Shown: positions 13,961 to 25,281, numbered from the stretch's first letter. The stretch is 64,000 nucleotides of DNA from Eledone cirrhosa (GCA_964016885.1 OZ024762.1:24180001-24244000); one strand, 5' to 3'. Translations and numbers: made by a program. Notes: generated by a model from the sequence alone, not told the origin.

Positions 13961-15030
13961 TCTTCTTCTTCGTCCATTCCTTCCTGAGAGGGTCGTGGGG
14001 GCAGAGTCCTCAAACACTCCCTCCAGCGGGTCCTGTCAGAAGCAACCATCTCCAACTGATCTGGCTGGATCCCCCAAGTATGACCAGTCAAGCTCATGGA
14101 TGTTCTCCAACCATCTTGCTCGGGGTCTACCCCTGGGTCTCCTGCCAGTTGGTTTTTGCCCGTAAAATCTGTCCAGCGATTCATTCCTGAGACATTCTAA
14201 CCACATGTCCATAGTATCGGAGCTGTGATCTCTCAATTCAGAGAAGTAGCAGCTCTACTTAGAGTAACTCTCAGAACTACAAATCTGTCCAGTCATTCTT
14301 TCCTGAGACATTCTAACCACATGTCCATAGTATCAGAGCTGTGACTTCTCAATTCAGAGAAGTAGCAGCTCTACTTAGAGTAACTCTCAGAACTACAAAT
14401 CTGTCCAGTCATTCTTTCCTGAGACATTCTAACCACATGTCCATAGTATCAGAGCTGTGACTTCTCAATTCAGAGAAGTAGCAGCTCTACTTAGAGTAAC
14501 TCTCAGAACTACAAATCTGTCCAGTCATTCTTTCCTGAGACATTCTAACCACATGTCCATAGTATTAGAGCTGTGACTTCTCAATTCAGAGAAGTAGCAG
14601 CTCTACTTAGAGTAACTCTCAGAACTACAAATCTGTCCAGTGATTCTTTCCTGAGACATTCTAACCACATGTCCATAGTATCAGAGCTGTGATCTCTCAA
14701 TTCAGAGAAGTAGCGGCTCTACTTAGAGTAACTCTCAGAGCTACAAATCTGTCCAGTGATTCTTTCCTGAGACATTCTAACCACATGTCCATAGTATCAG
14801 AGCTGTGACCTCTCAATTCAGAGAAGTAGCAGCTCTACTTAGAGTAACTCTCAGAACTACAAATCTGTCCAGTGATTCTTTCCTGAGACATTTTAACCAC
14901 ATGTCCATAGTATCAGAGCTGTGATCTCTCAATTCAGAGAAGTAGCGGCTCTACCTGGAGTGACTCTCTGATCTCTGATCTACAAATCTGTCCAGTGATT
15001 CTTTCTTAAGACATTCTAACCACTATTCCC
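13961..15030 (-). mobile_element. RTE LINE (Rex3/Expander-like) 3' fragment with an internal 116-bp tandem amplification
   Basis: Degenerate ORF2 end GHVVRMSQER..RRPRGRPRARWLENI..DRTRWRECLRTLPPRP with a (GAA)n tail. AAATCTGTCC recurs at 14165, 14281, 14397, 14513, 14629, 14745 and 14861. Confidence 0.88.
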
Positions 15031-15844
15031 ATTGATCAGCGCAGCAGTTTCTGCTTCAGCTGTTAAATGCTGCAGGTTCAATCAAGAGGTCAAAAATGCC
15101 ATCCAAGCAAAGAAGGAGGTTTACAAAGTCTGACTGTAATTGGTTTTAGATGCAAAGATTTGATATGCTACTTGAGTATTTTGAAAATCTCTGGCAATAA
15201 CTTTTGTTAGAAATATAGTAACAAAAGTGTTAAAGTGTTTATATTTATCTAAAACCTGCCGTTATGATTTTAAGTCAGAACCTTACTTGTGTGTGATGAA
15301 CATTTTGACAGCAAAAAATAAATGATAAATGTCATTTTTATGTGTTTTATAAAAGTTAAAATGATTCTTCTATGATGTAATTCCTTGTATTAAGAATTTT
15401 TTCTTTAAAATTTAAAAAAGAAATTATTTTTTCTCATATATAAAAAAAATTATTTTTTCAAAAACTTTTTCAAAGAATCTAAATTGTATTATCTGTAAAA
15501 CACTATTTTACCAATATATTTTTAAAATAAAATTATTGATAAATATAAAAAGAAAAAATGATGAGTTAAACTACTTTTTCCTTCCGATATTTTCCTAATC
15601 TTTTTATCAATTTCTGCCAATTTTTTGTCTCTGACTTTATATATATATATTCATATCTGTTTTTTTTTTCTTTTATTTTTCTAGGTAAGTGAAAATGAAT
15701 TTTTTTCCAAAATTTTTGGCACTTAGGTAAAAATGTGCTTTGACATTGTGATTGAAAAGATATTCTGTAAGTACAGTGTATTTTAAAACTTTTATACATC
15801 TAGCCATCTGCCAGATCATGCAATATAATAATAATAAATAATAA

Positions 15845-16003
15845 TGATAACAGATACAAAACCAGAACCCCTGGACTTACACATTTATACTGAATATAGA
15901 AAATAAGACAACTAGGTACTGTATATTACGAAATATGCCCTCAATACAATGGAAGCACAGTACCAAAATCAACACTGCAAATACCTAAGGCACACAGAGT
16001 TGT
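15845..16003 (+). mobile_element. Decayed R4/Dong-like LINE 3' end next to a (TAA)n tract
   Basis: Conceptual translation PGLTHLY*I*KIRQLGT..ILRNMPSIQ resembles the QK..LLGT..ILR C-terminus of RLE-type LINEs. It is preceded by (AAT)n. Confidence 0.5.
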
Positions 16004-16059
16004 TATTGTTGTTGTTCTTCTTCTTCTTCACCACCACCACCACCACCACCACCACCACC

Positions 16060-16075
<16 letters not shown>

Positions 16076-16093
<18 letters not shown>

Positions 16094-16545
16094 TCATCAT
16101 TTAACGTTTATTTTTCCATGCTAACATAGGTTAGACGAGTTGTCCCATTGTGATACAAGCACGCCAGATCAGATGACCGTGTCTTGCTCATACAGAACTG
16201 TTTCTAGCTTTGTTTTCTATGGATGGATGCCTTTCTTTCCTAATGCCAACCACATATACAGTGTGAACTCGGTGCTTTTATTCAAGACACCATCACGACC
16301 ACTTTACAGCATGGAATGGGCCATGTTTGTTGTAGTAAAAAAATGACCCCTTTACAAGTGGACTGGGCACTTTTTATTGTGTCACCAACACGACCACTTT
16401 ACAGTGTGGACTGGGCCCTTTTTGTGTTGACATCAACACAACCATTTTACAGTGTGGACTGGGCCCTTTTTGTGTTGACATCAACACAACCATTTTACAG
16501 TGTGGACTGGGCCCTTTTTGGTGTGTTACCAACACGACCACTTTA
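16076..16545 (-). mobile_element. RTE-type 3'UTR fragment with ~48-bp tandem repeats
   Basis: (GAT)n tail and GGATGCC..TTCCTAA..CCAACC motif. TTTACAGTGTGGACTGGGCCC unit repeated. Confidence 0.7.
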
Positions 16546-16548
16546 CAT

Positions 16549-16616
16549 CTCTGTCTGATGAACGATCCAGACGTATATTATTATTGTCTGTGATCCAGAA
16601 ACCTTTGGTAATGGAG
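16549..16616 (+). ncRNA. Type I hammerhead ribozyme motif (GUA triplet)
   Basis: CTCTGT-CTGATGA-ac-GATC-CAGACG..TGTCTG-t-GATC-ca-GAAA-CC-TTT-GG-TA-ATGGAG. The downstream tail is shared with 20313-20407 and 49321-49388. Confidence 0.78.
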
Positions 16617-16711
16617 TAGATATATTTTGTGTTGTTCACTTTCTAATTGAATAGCTCTGTTCTATACATAGAGCACTCTTTTTCCTTTGCCTTTTCTTCA
16701 GAATAACCTAA

Positions 16712-16748
<37 letters not shown>

Positions 16749-16750
<2 letters not shown>

Positions 16751-17158
16751 CAAAGCGAAACCTACAGTCAGTAGGCACCTCTTAACCAAATATACACCCC
16801 AATCCGGTACCCCTATTCCATCCTCCCACTCCCGCCAACACCACCCTCTCTCTGTAAACTTGGTACCACAACATCCAGTCCAAATAAATGAGATAATGAG
16901 GTTGTGTAGGTGTCACGACAAAGAAACACACAGTCCACGCTGTAATGTGGTCATGTAAGTAACACGGTAACAAGTTCCCTGTCCACACTGTAAATGTGGT
17001 TGGTGTTGGGAAGGACACCCAGCCGTAGAAAACCTGCCAGATAGTCCTGTATGAGCGAGACACGGTCACCCGACCAACCTTGCCTCAAATTGGGGCAACT
17101 CCCGTCTAACCCATGCTAGTGTGGAAGATAGACGTTAAACGATGATGATGATGATGAT
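16749..17158 (+). mobile_element. RTE LINE family C 3'UTR fragment
   Basis: Ends CCCATGCTAGTGTGGAAGATAGACGTTAAAC(GAT)n. Homologous to 23783-24255(-). Confidence 0.85.
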
Positions 17159-17546
17159 ATATGTATTCATATATGTATAATTTGTGCATATGTATGCATA
17201 TCTACGCATATCTATGTGTGCATATGTGCAATACCTTAGAGAGGGGCTAGTGAGATTATTTTTTAGGGTGGTGCCGTAGAAGTAGTCGTGGGTGGGTATG
17301 TAGTGGAATGAAGTGGTAGGAGGCCAAGTGGTGGGAGTGATAGGCAGAGAGATATATATATATGTCTACCTCTCTGATGAGGTTTCTATCTTTTAAACAA
17401 ACTCACATAATCTGGTAATTTAATACGTGCAGCATACTGCATATGTTAGCTGTAACTGTTTGTACAGATGCATGTAATTACAACAGAATAGCATGTGTTT
17501 ATATATGTCTATATGTGTGTGTGTGTGCATTATGTATATATATATG

Positions 17547-17589
<43 letters not shown>

Positions 17590-17590
<1 letters not shown>

Positions 17591-17784
17591 CATATATTCA
17601 TTCACACCCACAACATAGCTACAATGTTTCAGCAAAGCAAGTGTTTTGCAAAGATTCAATATGTGTGTATAGATATATATATATAATATATATACATACA
17701 CACACGCACACACATATTGAGTCTTTGCAAACACCTGCTTTGCTGAAACATTGTAGCTATGTTGTGGGTGTGAATGAATATATG

Positions 17785-17785
<1 letters not shown>
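17590..17785. repeat. ~78-bp inverted repeat pair with a microsatellite spacer
   Basis: Arms 17590-17668 and 17708-17785 are near-perfect reverse complements. Confidence 0.9.
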
Positions 17786-17822
<37 letters not shown>

Positions 17823-17851
17823 TACATATATATATACATATATATATATAT

Positions 17852-18052
17852 AGTAATAATAATAAATTTGAAGACTAAAATCCAAAGAGGGCTCGATAAG
17901 CACAAATATATATAAGAACCCTAGAGCAAATATTTATTAAAATAACAGGTAAAAGTTTAAGCAAAGAATCGCTGCTTTCACCCTTAACGGGATCTTCAGA
18001 AGATCCCGTTAAGGGTGAAAGCAGCTAAACTTTAATCTGTTATTTTAATAAA
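17852..18052 (-). mobile_element. Fold-back module with a truncated hammerhead, between (TA)n tracts
   Basis: Hairpin GCTGCTTTCACCCTTAACGGGATCTTC-A-GAAGATCCCGTTAAGGGTGAAAGCAGC. The minus strand reads CTGAAGA-T-CCC-GTTAA-GGG-T-GAAA-GCA..TGC-TT. A related piece lies at 29941-30049. Confidence 0.7.
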
Positions 18053-18067
18053 TATATATATATATAT

Positions 18068-18187
18068 AACAAAGGAATTATGGTAAGGAACCAGATGGAC
18101 CATAACGCACCAGAGTACTCAATACTTAGGGTAGTAGAGTGGGTAATAGGAAAAAGTATGACCCCATGGGGTCATACTTTTTCCTAT
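18068..18187 (-). mobile_element. TA-embedded module ending in a perfect 42-bp palindrome (family also at 22679-22845 and 26481-26645)
   Basis: Shared GGTAAGGAACCAG.TGGACC.TAAC.CACCA.AGTACTCAATACTTAGGG segment. Palindrome at 18146-18187. Confidence 0.8.
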
Positions 18188-18199
18188 ATTTATATATAT

Positions 18200-18236
<37 letters not shown>

Positions 18237-18483
18237 GACATATATATGTACTATTGGTTAACTTGATACAAAGAACAAGTGGATCGGTATTGAAATAGAT
18301 ATCAGGAATATATGATATGAGTGTGTATATATATGTATATATATGTATATATATATGTATATATATATGTATATATATATGTATATATATATGTATATGT
18401 GTATATTATATCATATCATATGTCTTTATTAGTGGAATGACACTAATAAAGACATATGATATATCTCTGTGTGAGCGTATATG

Positions 18484-18515
<32 letters not shown>

Positions 18516-18543
18516 CTCTCTCTCTTTATGTGTATATGTATAT

Positions 18544-18587
<44 letters not shown>

Positions 18588-18597
18588 GCATACACAC

Positions 18598-18660
<63 letters not shown>

Positions 18661-18747
18661 CACACACATATATATATGCACACACACGCACACATATATA
18701 TATATATATACATACACACACACACATATATATGTATATATATATAT

Positions 18748-18782
<35 letters not shown>

Positions 18783-19105
18783 CACACATACACACACACA
18801 CATATATATATATATCATATACACACATAGATACAATGCTAAGCATGGAATCTCTGTATATGCAAAACCTGTTTTAATAAAAGTAAGTCAGTTTCTTAAT
18901 ATCTTTAGCAGAAACTGCCAGTGTTGCTACCCTCCACACATGCTACTTCCCACCCTCATGTAATCTCTTTTCTCTCCTCCCAGTAACATGTCAATCCTTC
19001 TTCTAAACAATACAATCCCACCACTGCTTCATCCTTTATATTTTGTCTTTTTTATTTTATATGCATAGATGTTTTTCTTTGATATATGAATATATATATA
19101 TATAT

Positions 19106-19390
19106 AGTAAGAATATTTTCGAAACAGCGAGTGGGTTTGAAATTATTAGAAATGTAAGCTATCGCTGTATTTTGACTAAAGAAATTAAAGAAATTATTTA
19201 GCCTGATAGAAATAGAAAAGGTGAGTATTGATGTATGTGTACGTCAATACTCACCTTTTCCATTTCTCCGAGGGTTCTTAACCCCACTGTCAGGCTAAAT
19301 AATTTCTTTAATTTCTTTAGTCAAAATACGGCGATAGCTTACATTTCTAATAATTTCAAACCCACTCGCTGTTTCGAAAATATTCTTACT
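19106..19390. repeat. ~285-bp near-perfect palindrome between (TA)n tracts
   Basis: Outer arms 19106-19208 / 19289-19390, plus inner hairpin AAAAGGTGAGTATTGA / TCAATACTCACCTTTT. Confidence 0.92.
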
Positions 19391-19630
19391 TGAATATATA
19401 TATATATATATTTATTAAAATAACAGATTAAAGTTTATATTCTATATATATATAAGTTATATGAATATATATATATATATATTTATTAAAATAACAGATT
19501 AAAGTTTATATTCTATATATATATAAGTTATATATATATATATATATATATATTTATTAAAATAACAGATTAAAGTTATATATATTCTATATATATATAA
19601 GTTATAATGTATAAAAATCAATACAATATA

Positions 19631-19708
19631 ATTACCTCATTACCAGAGGTTTCCCGAATGAGGCGAATACGAAAGAAACGTCTTCATTCGTTCGTCAGAC
19701 GAGGCAAT
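19631..19708 (-). ncRNA. Type I hammerhead ribozyme motif (GUA triplet)
   Basis: Minus strand: ATTGCCTCGT-CTGACGA-a-CGAATGA..TCATTCG-g-GAAA-CC-TCT-GG-TA-ATGAGGTAAT, giving a 10-bp stem I and a 7-bp stem II. Confidence 0.82.
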
Positions 19709-19790
19709 ATAAAACATGGGTAAATACTTGGAAAGTATCATCTATATATGTGGCCTTGTAAATACTTGGAAAGTCTCATATATATATATG

Positions 19791-19988
19791 TGGCCGTGTA
19801 GGTAACACGGTAAAAACCTCCCAGTCCATACTGTAAATGTGGTTGGTGTTAGGAAGGGCATCCAGCCGTAGAAAACCCGCCAGACAGAGCAGGACAACCA
19901 ATCTTGCCTCAAGTGGGAAAACTCCCGTCCAAACCCATGCAAGCGTGGAAGATGGATGTTGAACGATGATGATGATGATGATGATGAT
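19791..19988 (+). mobile_element. RTE family A 3' end
   Basis: GTTAGGAAGGGCATCCAGCCGTAGAAA...CCCATGCAAGCGTGGAAG..(GAT)n. Confidence 0.85.
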
Positions 19989-20103
19989 ATATATATACAC
20001 CACCAGAAAATGTATAAATACCACCATATTACTTGGACAGTCGGTTTCCTGATGATTTCTCCCGAATGAAACAGTTCTAGCCCTGAAGAGGCTATTTCTA
20101 TAT

Positions 20104-20145
<42 letters not shown>

Positions 20146-20170
20146 CATAATAAACAAGACTATATAATTA

Positions 20171-20240
20171 TTCCATTACCAAAGGTTTCAGGAAGCTAGA
20201 CGATCCTAACAGAAATGCCCAGTACGCTCATCGGATGAAA
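20171..20240 (-). ncRNA. Hammerhead motif, left arm of an inverted pair (core variant CCGAUGA)
   Basis: Minus strand: TTTCAT-CCGATGA-...-CCT-GAAA-CCTTTGG-TA-ATGGAA. The U4-to-C change may impair cleavage. Confidence 0.62.
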
Positions 20241-20250
20241 TATTTGTATA

Positions 20251-20312
20251 TTTCATCTGATGAACGAACTGTTAAGGTCGTCTATAGTTTCCTGAAACCT
20301 TTGGTAATGGAA
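20251..20312 (+). ncRNA. Type I hammerhead ribozyme motif (GUA triplet), right arm of an inverted pair
   Basis: TTTCAT-CTGATGA-ac-GAACTGT..ATAGTTT-cct-GAAA-CC-TTT-GG-TA-ATGGAA. Confidence 0.78.
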
Positions 20313-20405
20313 TAATTATATTGTGTTGTTTATTTTGTAATTAAATAGCTCTGTACAATTCATAGAGCACTCTTCTTTCTTTTACCTCTTCTACGGAAAT
20401 ACTTA

Positions 20406-20439
<34 letters not shown>

Positions 20440-20550
20440 TATATTTAGGGAAGGTTGTGTTGTTATGATATTGTCAGAAATGTATAATGTTTGGTTTGGG
20501 TTGGTTTTCGCTTATATTGTAAATATATATATTTATGTATATATCGACAG

Positions 20551-20766
20551 TCGATCAACTTTCACCAAGTCGGACTGAGGAAACAATGTTTCGGTTGGTC
20601 TTTCCAATTGCTAGTACTATCTATTGGTCGCAACTGCAGGTAGAAGGAGCAACGTGAATTAAAGTGTCTTGCTCAAGGACATAACGCATCACACACATAA
20701 CAGGAATCAAACTCACAACCTCACAATTGCGAATCCAATTCTCTTACGACTCAGCCATGTGCCTTC
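20551..20766 (-). mobile_element. tRNA-derived SINE family S1
   Basis: Reverse complement of the 5828-6042 type. Confidence 0.85.
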
Positions 20767-21114
20767 ATTTCATTCATTCATTTCATTTCATTTTACGTCC
20801 GCTTTTCCCTGCTAGCAAGGGTGGGACGGGAACTGATTCTGGCTTGATTTCTACAGCTGGATGCCCTTCCTAACACCAACCTCATTTACAGTGAGTGGTG
20901 GGTGCTTTTTTGCCGTGGCACCTCCACGACCACTTTGCAGTGGAATGATATGGACCCCCAGTCCCTATCATCTCATTTCTACAGCTGAGTAAACTGGAGC
21001 AATGTGAAATAAAGTGTCTTGCTCAAGGAAACAACACACCACCCGGTCTGAGAATTGAACTCACAACCTTTCGATTGCAAGCCCAATGCTCTAACCATTA
21101 AGCCATGTGCCTCC
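20767..21114 (-). mobile_element. tRNA-derived SINE family S2 (CORE-like domain plus RTE-derived tail)
   Basis: Head GGAGGCACATGGCTTAATGGTTAGAGC...GAGTTCAATTCTC, then CCTTGAGCAAGACACTT, then tail GGGAAAAGCGGACGTAAAATG. Near-identical copies at 42268-42609, 58432-58776 and 61763-62111. Confidence 0.9.
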
Positions 21115-21591
21115 ATAATTCAAAATTCAGTAAGACCACAAATTAAAATTACTGTTTATTTATACATCTACAAATGTTTCAATACTACAGAAATTATACA
21201 TCTATAATGGAGAAAAGTGAAACATTTTCAGTTAATGTGGAGTTATCCACATAGTTGCTTTACCTCAGGCTGAATCTCTTCAGGAAGTAGACAAAGGAAT
21301 AATTTGTTTAACATCGTTCATACATGTGTAAATAAAAAAATAATTTTAGTCCTTTGTCTTATTGAATTTCGAATTATAAATGTTCTGCTACTGTAACTGT
21401 TTGCTCCTGAAGAACGGAGGTTAAAAGATAATTATTTCTACTTTTGGCACAAGGCCAGCAAATACCCAGTGCATTACTGGTACTTTATTTTATCGACCCC
21501 GTAAGGATGAAAGGCAAAGTTGACCTCGGCGGGATTAAAGATAATGAACCAATACACTATAAACTCATATATTATTGTATATATATATATA

Positions 21592-22170
21592 TCATCATCA
21601 TCACCATTTTACGTCCGTTCTTCCACGCTAGCATGGGTTAGACGGGTTGTCCTGTTGTGGGCAGTGTCTGGTCGGCTGACAATGCCTTGCTCATACAGGA
21701 ATTGATTCTGGTTTGATTTCTACAGCTGGATGCCCTTCCTAACACCAACCTCATTTACAGTGAGTGCTGGGTGCTTTTTTGCTGTGGCACCTCCATGACC
21801 ACTTTGCAGTGGGAGGGTGTGGGGGCATATTGTCTATATGCTTCAGCTTTGGCTTGTACCCGTGGGGGCGTCGGGTCTTCTGTATTACTGCGTGACACCA
21901 GAGGTCACGGTCATGTGTCATCGCCTTTGAGAGGTGTAATTGGGTAAGGTCGGCTTTTATCACCTCATCCCAGGTCTTCTTGGGTCTCCCCACTCCGCGG
22001 TTTCCATCAACTTCTAGTGCTCTACACCTTTTTATGCAGCTGTCATCCTTCATACGCATCACATGTCCATACCAACGCAACCGCCTCTCCTGCACACAGC
22101 ATTTGATTCCTCTTATGCTCAGTCTCTCTCTCAATTCACTTATGCTTTGCCGTTTGCATATATTACTATT
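21592..22170 (-). mobile_element. RTE LINE family B 3' fragment
   Basis: Encodes RERLSIRGIKCCVQERRLRWYGHVMRM...DRDLWCHAV. Has a (GAT)n tail and (TA)n on both sides. Confidence 0.92.
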
Positions 22171-22198
22171 ACTATATATATATATGTATATGTATATG

Positions 22199-22243
<45 letters not shown>

Positions 22244-22635
22244 TTATATATATATATTTAAATTTAAATAAGTTTAAAAACCATACAATGCATTGAAAAT
22301 TAAAGGTGCCAAGATACCAATAGAATTTTACCTTAGCAAATTTAATTTTCTCAAATATTTTTGGGCTTAAAGACCCATTATCAAGAGAGGATCTGTGTGA
22401 ACGTCTCTCTCTCTCTCTCTCTCTCTATCTATATATATATATGGGATAACAAGTTATCGTTATAGGTAATCCAGTTAGAACTTGTGAGTACTCTGTGTCG
22501 TGGATAGTTTTAACGTACGAGTGACGCAACTGCGAGTGATTAATGGCCTCTAGACACACCTGATCAATGAAACAATTGTTAATACCTGAAATGAAGCCCC
22601 TTGTTGTAAAGCCGACCATGTTACTCTTCAATCTT

Positions 22636-22680
<45 letters not shown>

Positions 22681-22841
22681 CGGAAGAAATGTGGTAAGGA
22701 ACCAGGTGGACCATAACACACCAAAGTACTCAATACTTAGGGTAGTAGAGTGGGTAATAGAAACGAGTAGGACCCGATGGCTGAGCTCAAGCCGTTTCGA
22801 CCTCAGCCATTTCGAGCTCAGCTGTCGGGGTCCTACTCGTT

Positions 22842-22886
<45 letters not shown>

Positions 22887-22897
22887 ATATATATATA

Positions 22898-22934
<37 letters not shown>

Positions 22935-22941
<7 letters not shown>

Positions 22942-23266
22942 TAATAAATGGAAACTATATTTATAAAACCATAATTATTTTATTATATATATTTCAAGGA
23001 CAACCAAGGCATTCTTGGTGCACTTTCATCAGATAAAATACAAGATTTGTTTTATAGATATTGACATAACCGTGGAAAAAACAACCTTGACGGTTGAAAG
23101 TTCACTGGATAGTTCACTATATATAATAAAATAATTATGGTTTTATAAATATAGTTTCCATTTATTAATATATTGAATATTTACTCCAGTAACTGTTGAG
23201 TGCTTTATGTCAGTTATAAACTTTTAAGCTTGTTGGAATCCCAACAAATTAAATATAACTTCTGCA
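22935..23266. mobile_element. Fold-back hammerhead module: inverted arms 22935-22990 / 23119-23174 plus a ~90-bp tail
   Basis: The arms are reverse complements. Homologous to 5099-5285. (TA)n flanks. Confidence 0.8.
22976..23040 (-). ncRNA. Type I hammerhead ribozyme motif (AUA triplet, palindromic stem III)
   Basis: Minus strand: TATTTTAT-CTGATGA-AAG-tgc-ACCAAG-aatgc-CTTGGT-tgtc-CTT-GAAA-TATATA-TA-ATAAAATA. Confidence 0.8.
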
Positions 23267-23600
23267 TGTATATACATATATATATATATTATTTTTTGTG
23301 CCTTTTTGTATTATTTTTTCACTGAGGCTTGTTGTTATTGTTGTTCTTAAGGTGGGCATCTACACTGTGTCCAGACATTAGTAATGATTTCAAGTGAATG
23401 AAACAGTTTTAGACCTGTGGACCTCATTTCTATATTAAATATTTATACTCTGCTTTGTATTGAGTACCTTACTTACTGTGGTTACCCCCGATTGAACCCG
23501 GGATAAACTTATATATATATGGTCCTGTTATTTTTATCTAAAGACATTTTTTCCAATTCCAACCTGCCCGTCCCCTCAATCTATCTTATTTCTCATTCTT

Positions 23601-23636
23601 TCTTCTGATGAAGGACTAGCATCCGAAACGTTAAGA
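23601..23636 (+). ncRNA. Minimal 36-nt type I hammerhead motif (GUU triplet)
   Basis: TCTT-CTGATGA-a-GGA-CTAGCA-TCC-GAAA-CG-TT-AAGA. Stem III is the palindrome ACGU and can only form in a dimer. Confidence 0.68.
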
Positions 23637-23782
23637 CCCTCTTCCTGCTATATCAAGCGTTAACCTAATATATACCTTCCATATACTGTACCGATTGTGT
23701 TATTTCTGTTTACCTTTTACATATATATATATTTGTGTTTTACATATATATATGTGTGGGTTGAGTCGTCAAGTAGGAACTT

Positions 23783-24255
23783 ATCATCATCATCATCTTC
23801 ATCGTTTAACGTCTATCTTCCATGCTAGCATGGATTAGACGGGCGTTGTCCCAATTTGAGGCAAGGATGGTCGTATAGGACAATCTGGCAGGTTTTCTAC
23901 GGCTGGATGCCCTTCCTAACACCAACCACATTTACAGTGTGGAACTGGGACCTTTTGACCGTGTTACCTACACGGCCACATTACAGCGTGGACTGTGTGT
24001 TTTTGTCGTGACACCTACACGACCTCATTATCTCATTTATTTGGACTGGATGTTGTGGTACCAACTTTACAGAGAGAGGGTGGTGTTGGTGGGAGTGGGA
24101 GGATGGAGTAGTGGTAGTGGATTGGGGTGTTTATTTGGTTAAGAGGTGCCTACTGACTGTAGGTTTCGCTTTGTACGTAGGCAAGGGGGTTCTTCTGTAT
24201 TACTGCGTAGCGCCAAAGATCTCGGTCCAGTGACATTGTCTTAGAGAGGTACAAG
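23783..24255 (-). mobile_element. RTE LINE family C 3' fragment
   Basis: Encodes LYLSKTMSLDRDLWRYAVIQK, with a (GAT)n tail. Confidence 0.88.
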
Positions 24256-24314
24256 TGTGTGTGTATATATATATATATACATATATACACACACACACAT
24301 ATATATATATACAT

Positions 24315-24347
<33 letters not shown>

Positions 24348-24362
24348 CATACACACACACCT

Positions 24363-24778
24363 TAAGACCCGCCTTACCTAAGTACAAAGTGAAACCTACT
24401 ACAGTCAGTAGGCACCTCTAACAAAATATACCCCCCCCCCCCCCGTCCCACTACCCCCACCCCATCCACACCACCCCTTTCAATGTAAAGTTATGTTGGT
24501 GTCACAACATCCAGCCCGAAACAAATGAGGTCGTGTAGGTGTCACGACAAAAAAACACACAGTCCACGCTGTAATGTGGCCATGTAGGTAACACGGTAAA
24601 AACCTCCCAGCCCCACACTGTAAATGTGGTTGGTGTTAGGAAGGGCATCCAGCCGTAGAAAACCAGCCAGACAGTCCTATGCGAGCAAGACAACCACTCT
24701 TGCCTCAAGTGGGAAAACTCCTGTCCAAACCCATGCAAGCGTGGAATATGGACGTTAAACGATGATGATGATGATGAT
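24363..24778 (+). mobile_element. RTE LINE family A 3'UTR fragment
   Basis: Reverse complement of the 6808-7225 type, with a (GAT)n tail. Confidence 0.88.
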
Positions 24779-24991
24779 ATAGATGTGCAACGAAAGAACT
24801 TTGTTAGACTATATATATGCGTTTGTGTCTATGTTGTATGTATTTTTGACCGTTGGTCAGTCAATGGCAACATTGAGGACCGAATGAATTAAATTAACCG
24901 ATATAAAAGACACAGAAGTGAAAACCAACCAAACAGTGAGTGTGGTCTGTTATTATTTCTGGCAATATTATTACACAAATATGACCCTCCC

Positions 24992-25054
<63 letters not shown>

Positions 25055-25180
25055 AGCGTGTGTGTGATATTCAGTATGTTACCAACAGAGTTCCTAGCCA
25101 TCTGGTACTCCAGATATTGCTGAAATCAACTGTATCATTGATTATTTATCTATGGGCTTTGTGTATGACTGAATTTATAC

Positions 25181-25281
<101 letters not shown>

